Source of the DNA: Rhizaria sp. SCN 62-66
Lineage: Eukaryota
Assembly (NCBI GenBank): GCA_001724265.1
Contig: MEDY01000126.1
Location: 1 to 64,000 of the forward strand
Length of the DNA: 64,000 nucleotides
Direction: 5' to 3'
The notes below the pieces were generated by a model. The model worked only from the letters and a program-made list of their open reading frames with translations. It was not told the DNA's origin and did not search any database. Positions 1 to 10,733 of the stretch are shown piece after piece (within the stretch, counting starts at the first letter, position 1; every line of letters begins with the position of its first letter). The position numbers and the translations under genes are program-made.

Positions 1-99
1 ACCACCTTGTAACACAGAAACACCACTTTGTAACACAGCGGGCGATTTGTGGTTGGGAATGCACAGTGGGTGAATTTATGCAGAAAGTCGGAAGTCACA
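1..99. mobile_element. Right end of a TIR element related to the element at 267-497 (truncated by the window start)
   Basis: 74-99 ATTTATGCAGAAAGTCGGAAGTCACA matches the TIR at 472-497 at 21/26 positions and ends in ACA. Positions 1-38 hold a ~21-nt tandem subterminal repeat (ACCACYTTGTAACACAG) resembling CACAAGAAACGCCACCTTTA at 421-440. Confidence 0.6.
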
Positions 100-266
100 A
101 CAGTTCGCCCATAATACATGTACATAGCTCAATCAAGTTTTGATTTTCCAGACAAGTGATTCGCATTGCAGAACAGATGTGTTGACATGTGTTGTTCGTA
201 TGAATGTTTGGTTAGAGGATCTATAACGTAACATTACATGTTGATGCCATTTAAGTATGTCATATC

Positions 267-497
267 TGTCACAACCGACATTCTGCATAAAACACCAAGT
301 CTCACAGGCTCACACTGGGACAAACACCACCCACGGTCGTTTCGGGCGGGTATATAAAGGTGGCGTTTCCTGTGAACACAGACTTCTCTTTTCTGTGAAN
401 AGGAAAACAAAGTGTGTATACACAAGAAACGCCACCTTTAAATCGCGACCGGCAAAAGCTGTCGACTGGAATTTTATGCAGAATGTCGGTTGTGACA
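267..497. mobile_element. Non-autonomous TIR transposon (MITE-like) with TGT...ACA termini and a 5-bp TSD
   Basis: Perfect 26-bp inverted repeat TGTCACAACCGACATTCTGCATAAAA (267-292) / 472-497, flanked directly by ATATC on both sides (262-266, 498-502). A second inner inverted repeat lies at 355-374 / 421-440 (19/20). An N at 400 means the internal length may be uncertain. Confidence 0.85.
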
Positions 498-738
498 ATA
501 TCTCATTTTAGCAACGATATATGCTGATTCAGCTGTTTAAGCTCTCTTGACGTAGCTTTCAAATATGAACTTGTGGTGAACGTAACGCGATGCATCGAGC
601 AAATCAAGTGCGGTCCTTTAGTCGCCACATGTATCGCTGTAAGACAGCCAAATGGAAATCTGACGACAGGATTGACACTATATTGGAGACTTATCTCTAT
701 TCCTTTTTTCAGATTTCTATCCCTTATCTGTCATGTGA

Positions 739-3423
739 AATCGACACGCTTCCGGGCCTGTTTTGAGACTGGGCACACTTCGAATCTTCGCACACTTACT
801 TTCGCACTTTTCGATCTACAAAGTTTGTTCCTCTGGACTCTTTGACCAGGATACGGTTTTTCAAAGTAGGGTAGAGATGGCTTCGTTCCGTGTGCGATCT
901 CTTGAGGATATGCGAGCATAGCAGGCATCCATTTTTCACGAGGCTCTTGCGGGGATATTGTCTCTGTCACCGAGCATAGCCGACCTGAACGCACTTCAGG
1001 GTGTTTTACCTCGCCTTCGATCGATTCAATTTAGTCGTGTGCCGGGATGCATTGAGCTTGACGCGTATTGGCTCCTGATAAAGTGGTTTCAAAGATGCTG
1101 GAGTGACTCTGACAACACCGCCGATTCGATGCGCTCAGCCATACTGGACGTTTTTGAGGCGCTCAATCGGTCGTCCCCGCTCAGTTGTGCCAAACTTGCT
1201 GAGTGCGGCGCATCTGGTGAGTTTTACGCCTGCCTGGAGCACATGGATGTTGGTGAGCACTCGCAGAAGCTGTTACGGGTCGCCCGCCTGCTCGCGTCGG
1301 CGCACCCCGGCGGCGCGCCTCCCGCGGCCGAGCGCGTCGCCAGTCTGCGCGCGCTGCTCACGCTCACAGCCCGTCTCGTTGATGCGGTATAGGCGTTCGA
1401 CGATAACCTCTCTGCAAATAGTAGTCGTGGAGTCAACACCACCGACGACGATGCGCCCGAGCTTGCCTCGCTCAAGAAGTCCCTCAGGTCGTGTCTATGC
1501 GACGTGTCACAGCTGCTGCAACAAGGCCCGCCGCTACCGCGCGCGTCCGTGTGCGCCCTCGCTCTGCCCGTGTTGCAGCGCGCCGCCGCGCAGTTCGCCG
1601 GCGACGCGGAACGCCACCGCGACGAGCGCGGGGCACTGGCGAGCTTGCTTGCGGTCGTGTTCGCAGCCTCTGACGCGCCCGCACACACCGCCGGCACCGG
1701 CATTGAGGCTGTGTTTGAGGGTGGGCTGTTTGACTTCGCGTGGAGCATGCTCTTCCGCAATAAAGATTTCGGCCACTACACACTGGCGGACGGCCAGCAG
1801 CCACCGGCCGAGGCGCTCGTGGCGATGATGACCTGCGTGGCCGCGTTGCCCACTGTGACGCTGGAGAGCGCCTTCACGCCGGCGCGCGTGGCGCTTGCGC
1901 ATGCCACGCCGAGCCGCTGGCGGCGACTGAGCGGCGACGCTTTGGCGGCGCTCGGCACTACGCTCGCCCGCTTTGCGGAAGCATCGCCTGCAGCTGCAGG
2001 GCAGCTGCTGGAGCGCGGCATTTTCTTAAGCATGCTGAAAATGCTCGAAGGCATCTTAGCGCCATGCTATGCGCTCCAGATCGAGATTTCCGCGTGCGCC
2101 GCGCGCCGCATCTTGCACCGGCTTGATCTTGCTTATGAGGATGCTCCGGGGGCAGCGCGTATGCCGGAAAATCTGTCGCCGCGCGGCGCGGTCGAGTGCT
2201 GCGTGGCGGGAGTGGCCGCAGCCGTTTTTGGGGGCGACGCTCTCGGCGACGACGCTAGACTTATGAGCAACGTGACTGACGTCTTGCTTACGTTGCGCAA
2301 GCTTGCCGGTGCAACGGGGGACGCATTTTCAGAAGCGTTTGCAAACGCGCGTGGGCCGCAGCTGCTCGACCTTCTGCGCTACAACGCGTGCACACAGCAA
2401 GACGGTCCCACACTGCGGGAGCTCACCCAGCTCCAGGCACAGCTTGAATCTATCGGCATCACTTTGCCAGCGACCCTGCCAGAGGAGCAGCGCTGCTCTG
2501 CGGCGACAGATCTGCGCGTCTTCACCAAGGACGGCAGCGTGGGCTGGGAGGCTGCGTTCGACGCGCACCTGGCGTGCAGCCTCGAGGAAGGCGGCCACCC
2601 GCGGCGCGGGCGGAACATCGGGCGGGACGGTTGGGCCGCGGACTCGGCCCCCGAGCGCGCTGCCGGTGCGCCGTCTGCGGCGGCGCTGGCGCTGTTGCAG
2701 GCCCGCGCGCGCGAGCGCGTGCTGTTCAGCACCCGCGCAACGATAGACCCCACTGACGCGGTCTCGCTCGTAGTGCTGCAGACGAATCTGCGCAATCCGC
2801 TGGAAGGCGAACGCGCGAAATACCGGCTGCTGATCGCGCCCGACGACGCGCGGCTGCCCAGCCACGCGATGCACTTCCGTGCGGCGTCTGATCACGACTC
2901 CATCGGGTGGTACGTGCACCGCTGCTTCCGCCCGCCGGAGCAGCCCGCGGGGGCCGCGCTGCCCTATCTGACGATTCACAGCAAGCGCGCACCCTGCGCT
3001 ACGGGGCACATCGCGCCGGTGCCCGACGACATCGTCTACGGCGAGCACGCGCCCGTGGCGGCGGACGCCGAGTACGCGCCCGGCACGGTACTTGTGCGGC
3101 CGTGGTCCGTGCGACCTGCGCCCCGCATCGGCGGCTGGGGCGCGAGCGACTTGCCCATGTTTCTTGTGTACCAGCCGTGCGCGGCGAGCCTGCTGCCTGG
3201 CGCCGTGCCCGTCGGCCGCGTGTCATCGTGCTCTGTCTTACTTTGGAGCGATGATGAGGAGGAAGATGCAGGCCGCGACAGGGGTGGCACCGAGAGACCG
3301 CTGTTCGACGACACCATGCTTGCATGTCTGACTGCTCTTGCTGGAGCAGACAGCTGCGGTGGCAACGACGCCACTGATCGATGGTCTGAGATTGGTCTTC
3401 CATACTTTCATACCCCTTCATAA
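739..3423 (+). pseudogene. Intronless unknown-protein reading frame interrupted by two in-frame TAG codons; probable pseudogene
   Basis: ORFs 958-1392 and 1504-3423 are in the same frame. The frame is open from 739 to TAA at 3421-3423 except for TAG at 919-921 and 1390-1392. The N-terminal two-thirds is helical and Leu/Ala-rich; the C-terminal part weakly resembles the TTLL12 SET-like region. Confidence 0.55.
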
Positions 3424-3554
3424 GCTTTCGTAAGGAGTCTCACGCTTCTCTGACACCCAATCTTGCACATGACTTTCGGACATTCGAGTTCGCGGAGGCA
3501 GTGTTTGGTTGCAGGTCTTAGTGGATTAATAGATTTGTACAATGTACATACGTA

Positions 3555-5746
3555 GTGTATGTATACACGCCCGAGGCCGCGGACGCGCTCGAGATCCGCC
3601 ACGAAGAGCTGTACCGCCGCGGGCGCGCGCTGGCCGCTAGCGGCAAGTCCGCGGTTAACGACCTCGACAAGGCCGCGGTGACGGCGGCGACGCTGCCGCT
3701 GAACGAAGCGCGCAACATCGCCTTCGCAGGCTGCAACGTGCTCGAGGGATAGGGTCTGGGAATTGTCTTTGCCACTGCATCGCGCCCTCCGACATGGCCG
3801 TCTTTAACTACGTCGCCGGCCGCCAGAGCATCGAGCTGCTGCGCTACAAGCTGCCGGCCATCTTCCACATGCCTTTCAACTCGACCAACAAGCTCATGCT
3901 TACTGCGACGACGCTGATGGGCGCCACGCCCGCGGGCGACCGCGTGCTGGTGCTGCTTAAGGGTGCGCCCGAAATCGTGCTTGCGCGCTGCGCCGCGTTC
4001 CACCATGGCGGACGCCGTTACGCCAAGTCCACCTCGTTTGAACGCCGCTTTACCGCACAGTACATGCGCCTCGCCGGTGACGGTGAGCGCGTCATCGCCT
4101 GCGCGTACCTCGAGATGGCGCCCGGCGCGGCCGCCGACGCCGGTCTGTGCGACACTGTATACGACGACGACGCGACCGAGTCCGACGAGGCGCCTGTGCT
4201 GGGCGCGGCGCGCGACGTGCCGCTGCCCGTGGCGCCCGCCAAGTGGTCCGAGCACGTGCTGCCGGCCGAGGGCTTTACCTTCGTCGGGCTGCTCTCGCTG
4301 GCGGACCCGCCCAAGGCGACGGTGCCCGCGGCAGTGCGAGCCGTGCGCGCCGCGGGCGTGCGCGTGGTAATGGTGACGGGCGACCACCCGCTGACGGCCA
4401 AGGCCATCGCGCGCCAGGTTGGCATCATCACGCTGTGCACGCAGGACGAAGTCGACGCTGAGGCCGCCGCCGGCGGGCCTGAGGCCGCCGCGCAAAGCCG
4501 CAAGTTTGGCGCGCCCGCCACGTTACCCGTGGTTTCCAAGACGCCACTGGTTGGGCGTACCGCCTTTAGTGACGCCGTTAACGAAGAAGACGATGCGAAC
4601 CCGGGCGCTGTTCCCGAGGCCGCTGGCGTTGACGTCGTCGTCATTCCGCAGACTGCGCTCGTCGCCACGGGCACCGAGATCCGTCACTGGACCGAGGAGC
4701 AGTGGACCGTGAACCTGCAGCGGCCCGAGATCGTGTTTGCGCGCACGACGCCGCAGCAGAAGCTGCAGATTGTCGAGAACATGCAGCGCCTTAAACACGT
4801 CGTCTGTGTGACCGGCGACGGCGTCAACGACTCGCCCGCGCTCAAGAAGGCCAACATCGGCGTCGCCATGGGCATCTCCGGCTCCGACGTCGCGCGCGAG
4901 GCCGCCGACATCATCCTGCTCGACGACGACTTCGCCGCGATCGTCGCGGGCATCAAGGAGGACCGTCTGCTCTTCTCCAACCTTGCCAAGGCCGTTGCGT
5001 ACACTCTCACGCACTCGACCGCCGAAGTTGTACCGACTCTCGCGCGCGTACTCTTCGGCATCCCGCTCGCGTTGGGGTCGATGGCCGTGCTCGCGATTGA
5101 CTGCGGCACGGAGCTGGCGCCCTCAGTCGCACTGGCGTACCAGTCACCCGAAGCAGACGTTATGAACGTGCCGCCTCGCGACGTCAATCGTGACCGCCTG
5201 GTGACGGGGCGTCTAATGGGGTACTCGTACCTCACTATGGGCTTTCTTGTCATGATCGCGTGCTTTACATCTTATTTCTTCGTCTTTATCACCAACGACA
5301 TCTCCGTCTCTTGGCTGTGGAACAGTGCGACAACGTACTGGCGCAAGGGCGCGCCCGATATCATCTCCACAGCGGGCCGTGTGCTCAATGACCAGGCCCA
5401 GCTCGACATTGTTGCCGACGCTCAGGTTGCGTACTGGATGACACTTATTCTGTCGCAGTTCAGCAACATCTTCTTCTGCAAGACGCGCCTCACGCCCTTC
5501 TGGCAAAACGGCTTCCTCGACAACACGAACCTTTTTGGCGGCGTTGTCATCGAGCTCATCATCATGTTCTGCCTTATCTTTATCCCCACTATAAACTCTG
5601 AGGGCTTCGGCTTTGGTACCATCCCCGGCCCCGTCTGGGCTGTACCGTTCGTAGCCTGGATTGTCTACTTCTGCTACGCGGAGGGCTCCAAGCTCATCCG
5701 TCGCAAGTACTCCGACTCAATGATTGCTCTAGTGGTCGGTTTCTAA
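3555..5746 (+). pseudogene. Truncated type IIC (Na+/K+- or H+/K+-like) P-type ATPase alpha subunit
   Basis: Motifs PFNSTNK, LLKGAPE, MVTGDHPLTAKAIA, EIVFARTTPQQK, TGDGVNDSPALKKANIGVAMG and IDCGTELAPSVALAY are present. The upstream fragment reads EARNIAFAGCNVLEG*GLGIVFAT with TAG at 3750-3752, then changes frame at ~3777. TGES, M1-M4 and the DKTGT phosphorylation motif are absent, and conserved EEGR reads KEDR (4961). Confidence 0.8.
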
Positions 5747-7087
5747 CCTCGCGAATTGTCAACAGTCAACTACTAAAATTACTCGTGCACGTTGCCGTAA
5801 CGTCTTGCTGCGAGTTTTGATAATATGTTCTCTTTTCTGGTGTGGTGTCTCTACATCTACGCTTGCTCACAAACCAAAGCTGAGTCTGCACGTGATGACG
5901 CTTTTCAGCTTGGTTATGATTGCATCTCTCAATGCAGCTTTGTGTCCTGACATGTCATTATGTTCTTCTACGCGCTTGCTTGCTTCCGCGAAGTTGGACT
6001 ACAACAGTCAGTCTAGTACGTATCTGTATGCATAATCTTCTCTTCTTTTCGGATCAGCATAATCGCATCTTCACATGACGAGTGTACAAAGTGCGAGTAT
6101 CTTTCAAAAAAACAACTATTTTTCTGTGTTTAACGCGACGTGAATTGCATGTGTGCTGGTCTGTGACGCTTGTCTTGCAGGTTGATCGTTCCCCAAGGTG
6201 GCGTCCATGTCCACTGCATATGCTTCTCACATTTGACAGTAAAACTTCAATCAAATAAACTATGTTGCTTATTTCCCAACAATAATAGTAAAGGATGAGT
6301 ATTGCACCAGTGTGGTTTTTCGTGGGATTGCCAGTAGGGCAAACGTGCCGTAGCCGTGGCGTTCGTGGGTTTCAGGATGGAGCTGGCCGGCGTTATAGCA
6401 CGCGGTCTCCGCCACTGGAACCTTCTCAAAAGTTGTAGCCGCGATAAACGTGGTGCACTCCTTGGACTTCTGATTAAGGGCGTGGATTTGCGCACCACAC
6501 TTGCGAAACGTGTTGTAAACCGTGCTTTTGGGTTGTGGCCCTTTAAAAGCAAGTCAACTTCTGACGGTCTACTTCTGACAGTCAGTCAACTTCTGACATC
6601 GTTTGTTTTGTTGTGAGATGATGCTGGTGCACTTCTACTCACTGTGGTGGGAGCCGCTCAGAGCGCACAAATAACGCCAACAAGCACATCCTTGAACGCG
6701 CAGAGTAAATACGAGTTCGCAGAAAGTTAGACTGAAAGTGCAAATGATGCAGAGCAAAGAAAGACTACTAGACAATATAGACAACAATCCAGTCACAGAT
6801 GGAAAACAGAACGAACACACGTTGGCGCGGTGTTCATGTTTAGACTGTGTATTATATAGTAGTAGATTGGAAGATGTTATACTTTGTAACTAAAAAGACA
6901 TAATTTACTGTTACATCCGTAAAAAACAATATTAAGACAGCAGTTAAAGCACTTCGAAGAGATATTGATGTGCAAATTGTGTGACAGTGACAGCACGTCA
7001 CTGACAACAAATTGCAGACGAATATCATACTCCGTCTTTGTTCATCAGTGTTCTCAGCAACAAACAAGAGAGCGCATAGCTTACAGC

Positions 7088-9091
7088 TTACGCAGTTTGA
7101 TCGTTATCATAGATTGCGCTGTCTGCAGTAGACGACGACGCTGCATTGTGGTGAAGCGAGCTAGACGCACTCTCACCGTCGTCCGAAGGGCCGGAGCCAC
7201 GGCCGTTGAGCATGGCGGTGATGGCGCTCGTCGAAAGACCCTTGGTCTCTGTGAATTTCGGTCGGTCATCGTCGTTAAACACAAGGGGAGTGAGACAATA
7301 TGAGTTGTACGTACCATATTCTAGCATATCACATTTGAACTCTTAAAGCATTGCACTCGTGAATTAAACCGATCAAAAACAGCTTACAATTAATCTCACC
7401 ACAATTGATTTGAAACAAGAAATACCCAAAAATACGACGTACCAGGGACAAACTTGGCGATGAACACGACAGCCGCGATACAAATGAAGCCAAAGATCGC
7501 AAACAGCCAGGCGACACCCTTGCGCTGCTGGTCATCGCTGCTGCCGCCACCGAGCCCCTCAATCGCGGAGAGCGTCGTCATGGCAATTATCAGATTGCAC
7601 GCCCACGCCTCTGCGACGAAAACGGAGTAGGCCTTCGAGCGGACGCGTGGGGAGAGAACCTCACCGATAACGACCCATGTGACGGAGCCGATGCCGACAG
7701 CATAGCCAACAAGATACAGCAGCACGCCCGCGACGGCGACGGCGCCCGTCTTGACGTCCTTGGGGCCGTCGCCCTGATCAGGCATCAGCAGCAGCACGAA
7801 CGCGATGACGGCGATCGCGACGACGCAGATGGCCGTGCCGACCAACAGCAAGATACGGCGACCGGCGCGCTCGACGAGACCCATGGAGATCACCGTGACA
7901 AGCACGTTGATGACGCCGACAAGCACAGTGCCGAGAATGGCCTGCTCCATGCCGGCGTACTCAAAAATCTTACTCGAGTAGAAGATAACGGCATTGATGC
8001 CTACCATGGGCTGGAAAAACATCATTCCGAAGCCGATCGCCATGGCACGCTTGTGGGTAAAAACCTCCGTCCACGACAGCGGCGGCAGCGCGGCTTCCTC
8101 GCGTGCATTGCGGGACAGCATCGCATACTCGGCTTCAACAGCAGCAGGGTAACCGGAGAGACCGTTGCCGCTGACCGGGGACAGAGAGCTCGACGTACTG
8201 CCGCTGCTGCTGACGTTGTTGTTGAGCAAGCTGAGAGGGTGGCCGCGGAGCACGGCGATCGCGCGCTTGGCATCCGCTTCGCGGTTGTTGCGCGCGAGCC
8301 AAACCGGCGAATCGACGACGAGCGGGGTGCACAATAGACTGATAGCGCCGAAGCCAGCGGGCGCGGCGAGTAGCGGCCGCCAGCCCTGCTTGACGTACTC
8401 GACGAGTCCGTACGCCATAATGCCGGCAACGAAGATGCCGATGGTGATCATGAGTTGGCATAGCGAAGTCACGACACCGCGGTTCTTGTTTGTGGCGATC
8501 TCAGAGAGCAAGACGGGAACAGTGGCGGAGGAAATGCCGAGACCGAGACCGACGATGAAACGGCCGACCATGAGTGCGGGAACGCTCACAATAATGCAGA
8601 GCAATGCGCCGGCAATCCAGAAGATGTTGGTGAAAGCCAGCACGGCGCGGGGACCGAAGCGCTGGACGGGAGCGGCCGAGACGAGAGCGCCAATAAGAGC
8701 ACCCAAAATCAGCACACCCGTAGCGAGTTGCTGGAGGAACTTGCTGAGGTCGATGTCGTGCAGGATGGAGCCCTTGGCCGTATCGACAAGGCATGGTCCA
8801 AGGGAGGCAAGCTAGAAATGGGAAAACAAAGAGAAAATGATGCGGGAGTGAGTCGCAAAACAAGTGGAAGCAATGAGAAGGAACGACAGCAGAGTTAAAA
8901 TGACGTACCGCGTAGCCAAAAAGGAACGAGTGGATCGTGACGATAACAGCAGAGCGCCACATGGCAGTAGATGACACGGCGTCAAACGTTTGGTTGGCGG
9001 AGGTGTTGACGGCGACGCTCGAGGTGGCTCCGTTGCCATTGCGGTTGCCCGCTTGCCTCATCTGAAGCAAGGACGAATCTTCGGGATCCAT
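7088..9091 (-). CDS. MFS sugar porter family transporter, 3 exons (~9091-8909, 8811-7443, 7248-7088)
   Basis: Sugar-porter motifs FLFGY, RFGPR, GRFIVGLG, LLSEIA..NRG, GINAVIFYS and ERAGRR. Splicing at the GT-AG sites restores PETKG. The start codon is uncertain (frame open to ~9160). Confidence 0.9.
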
Positions 9092-9526
9092 GAAGTTATC
9101 GCTATCGTTATCGTCGTCTACAGGAGCGATAAACTTTTCAGATTTAAGACGGCTAGACACGTTAACCTAAAACTGAAGCCAGTCTCTGCCAGCGGCGGGG
9201 CGACGGCTGAGGTGCTTTCAAACGTCGCAACATGACGCGCCATCGACGATCTCACTCACCACTGGTCAGTTCTCGAACGACCACGAGGCTCGCGGTCACG
9301 TCACCCTAATTTTAACATCTTCAAGCGCGCTCAATCTTCCGACAGCGGACTTGTGCAACACAACCTGTACTTTAATGCGTGTTTTCTTTTACTGACTTTA
9401 ATTTGACGTTCGATTCTTACGTTTCCATCTCTCTGCCGACTCCCGATTGACTCCTCCCACAGCCTCGCGCGAGACACGACCGCACCCAAAGTATTCCCCG
9501 CAGCCACCCCGCTTCCCCTCGCGGCG

Positions 9527-10261
9527 ATGACGATCTACAACCTGTACATTTTTGACGGCACGGGCACATGTCTGATCTACCGCAGCTGGAACCAGCACAC
9601 GCTGTCGACCAAGGCCATCCAGCAGCGTTGCAAACTCACCTTCGGTCTCATCTACTCCATGAAGGTACATCTACCACTCTCTTCTCTCGCTACATCAAAT
9701 CATCGCTAAGTCAAACACATACCTTATTTTATGATCTCACTCCACATTTTATTTTTATCTTTTTACACTCAGGGCTTCTGCAACAAAATCACCCCCGTGG
9801 CACCCGTCCCTGCCCTCGACACGGCCGCGCTCCTCTCGGCGACCGCAACAGCCAGCCCTCCCGGCTCCGGCTCCGGCCCCGGCGCCGACTCGGACATCGA
9901 GCTCTCCATTGCAGGGCTCACTCTCTCGCCGTCTAGCGGGCCGATGGAGCCCTCATCGAACATCTCCCCCGTCAATTCCCTCAGTTTGACCACCGAGCCC
10001 GAGCAGCTCCGCGCTATCTCGACAGCAGATTACAAGCTTGTGTATTGGGAGTCGCTCTCAGGGCTCCGGCTTGTGCTCACCACGGACCCGTGCACCGTGG
10101 TGCCCATGGGTATTGACGTCCTCAAGAAGGTTTTCACGCTTTACGCCGACTGCATCGTCAAGTCGCCGCTGTACACTGCTGAGCCCCCGACTGAGGCCGC
10201 GGCCAGTGTGTTTAACGCGCGACTAGACGCGTATCTAGCCACGTTGGCATTCTTTGGCTGA
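9527..10261 (+). CDS. TRAPPC1: TRAPP complex subunit 1 (BET5, sybindin-like), 2 exons (9527-9664, 9773-10261)
   Basis: MTIYNLYIFD..GTCLIYRSW, KLTFGLIYSMK|GFCNKITP, STADYKLVYWESLSGLRLVLTTDP and YADCIVKSPLY. The phase-0 intron runs GTACAT...CAG. There is a Ser/Pro-rich insertion in the middle. Confidence 0.9.
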
Positions 10262-10733
10262 ACACGAGACATTGCAGTAATGAAGCGCGTTTCTTCATAT
10301 TTGCATCGTATGCCTACTTAGGCTTTTATTGAGCGTACAGTAATGTAATATTACAAGCTTAGCACACTCGTGTTGATGTGATTTAGTTTAATCGTCTTGT
10401 TGAGTCTGGAGTTGAAACTAATCGTTAGGTTTATTGTTTAATTACCTCTACACATCTTGTTTTCTTCTTGTTTCTTGAGTGTTTTATCACATACGTCTTA
10501 CTTGTTCTATCTATCTCTCCAATAAGATGGAGCCAGTGGCCAACAAAGTGCATCAATCCACATTCTGTGATGTCAATACACAACTGCATACTTAGTCAAC
10601 ACAGCACGCACAACATGGCATCAAGACTCAACGTGGGGTAGATACACAACGAGTCAGAGTCGCATCGTGTTTCGCCGAATTGAACTACACGAATCAGCGA
10701 AATTGCATATCCTCACAACACAGCGGATTGTGC

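Noticed and set aside
5892..5951. GTGATGA...CTGA as a second C/D snoRNA
   Set aside because: Short, no good terminal stem, and no rRNA complementarity I recognise.
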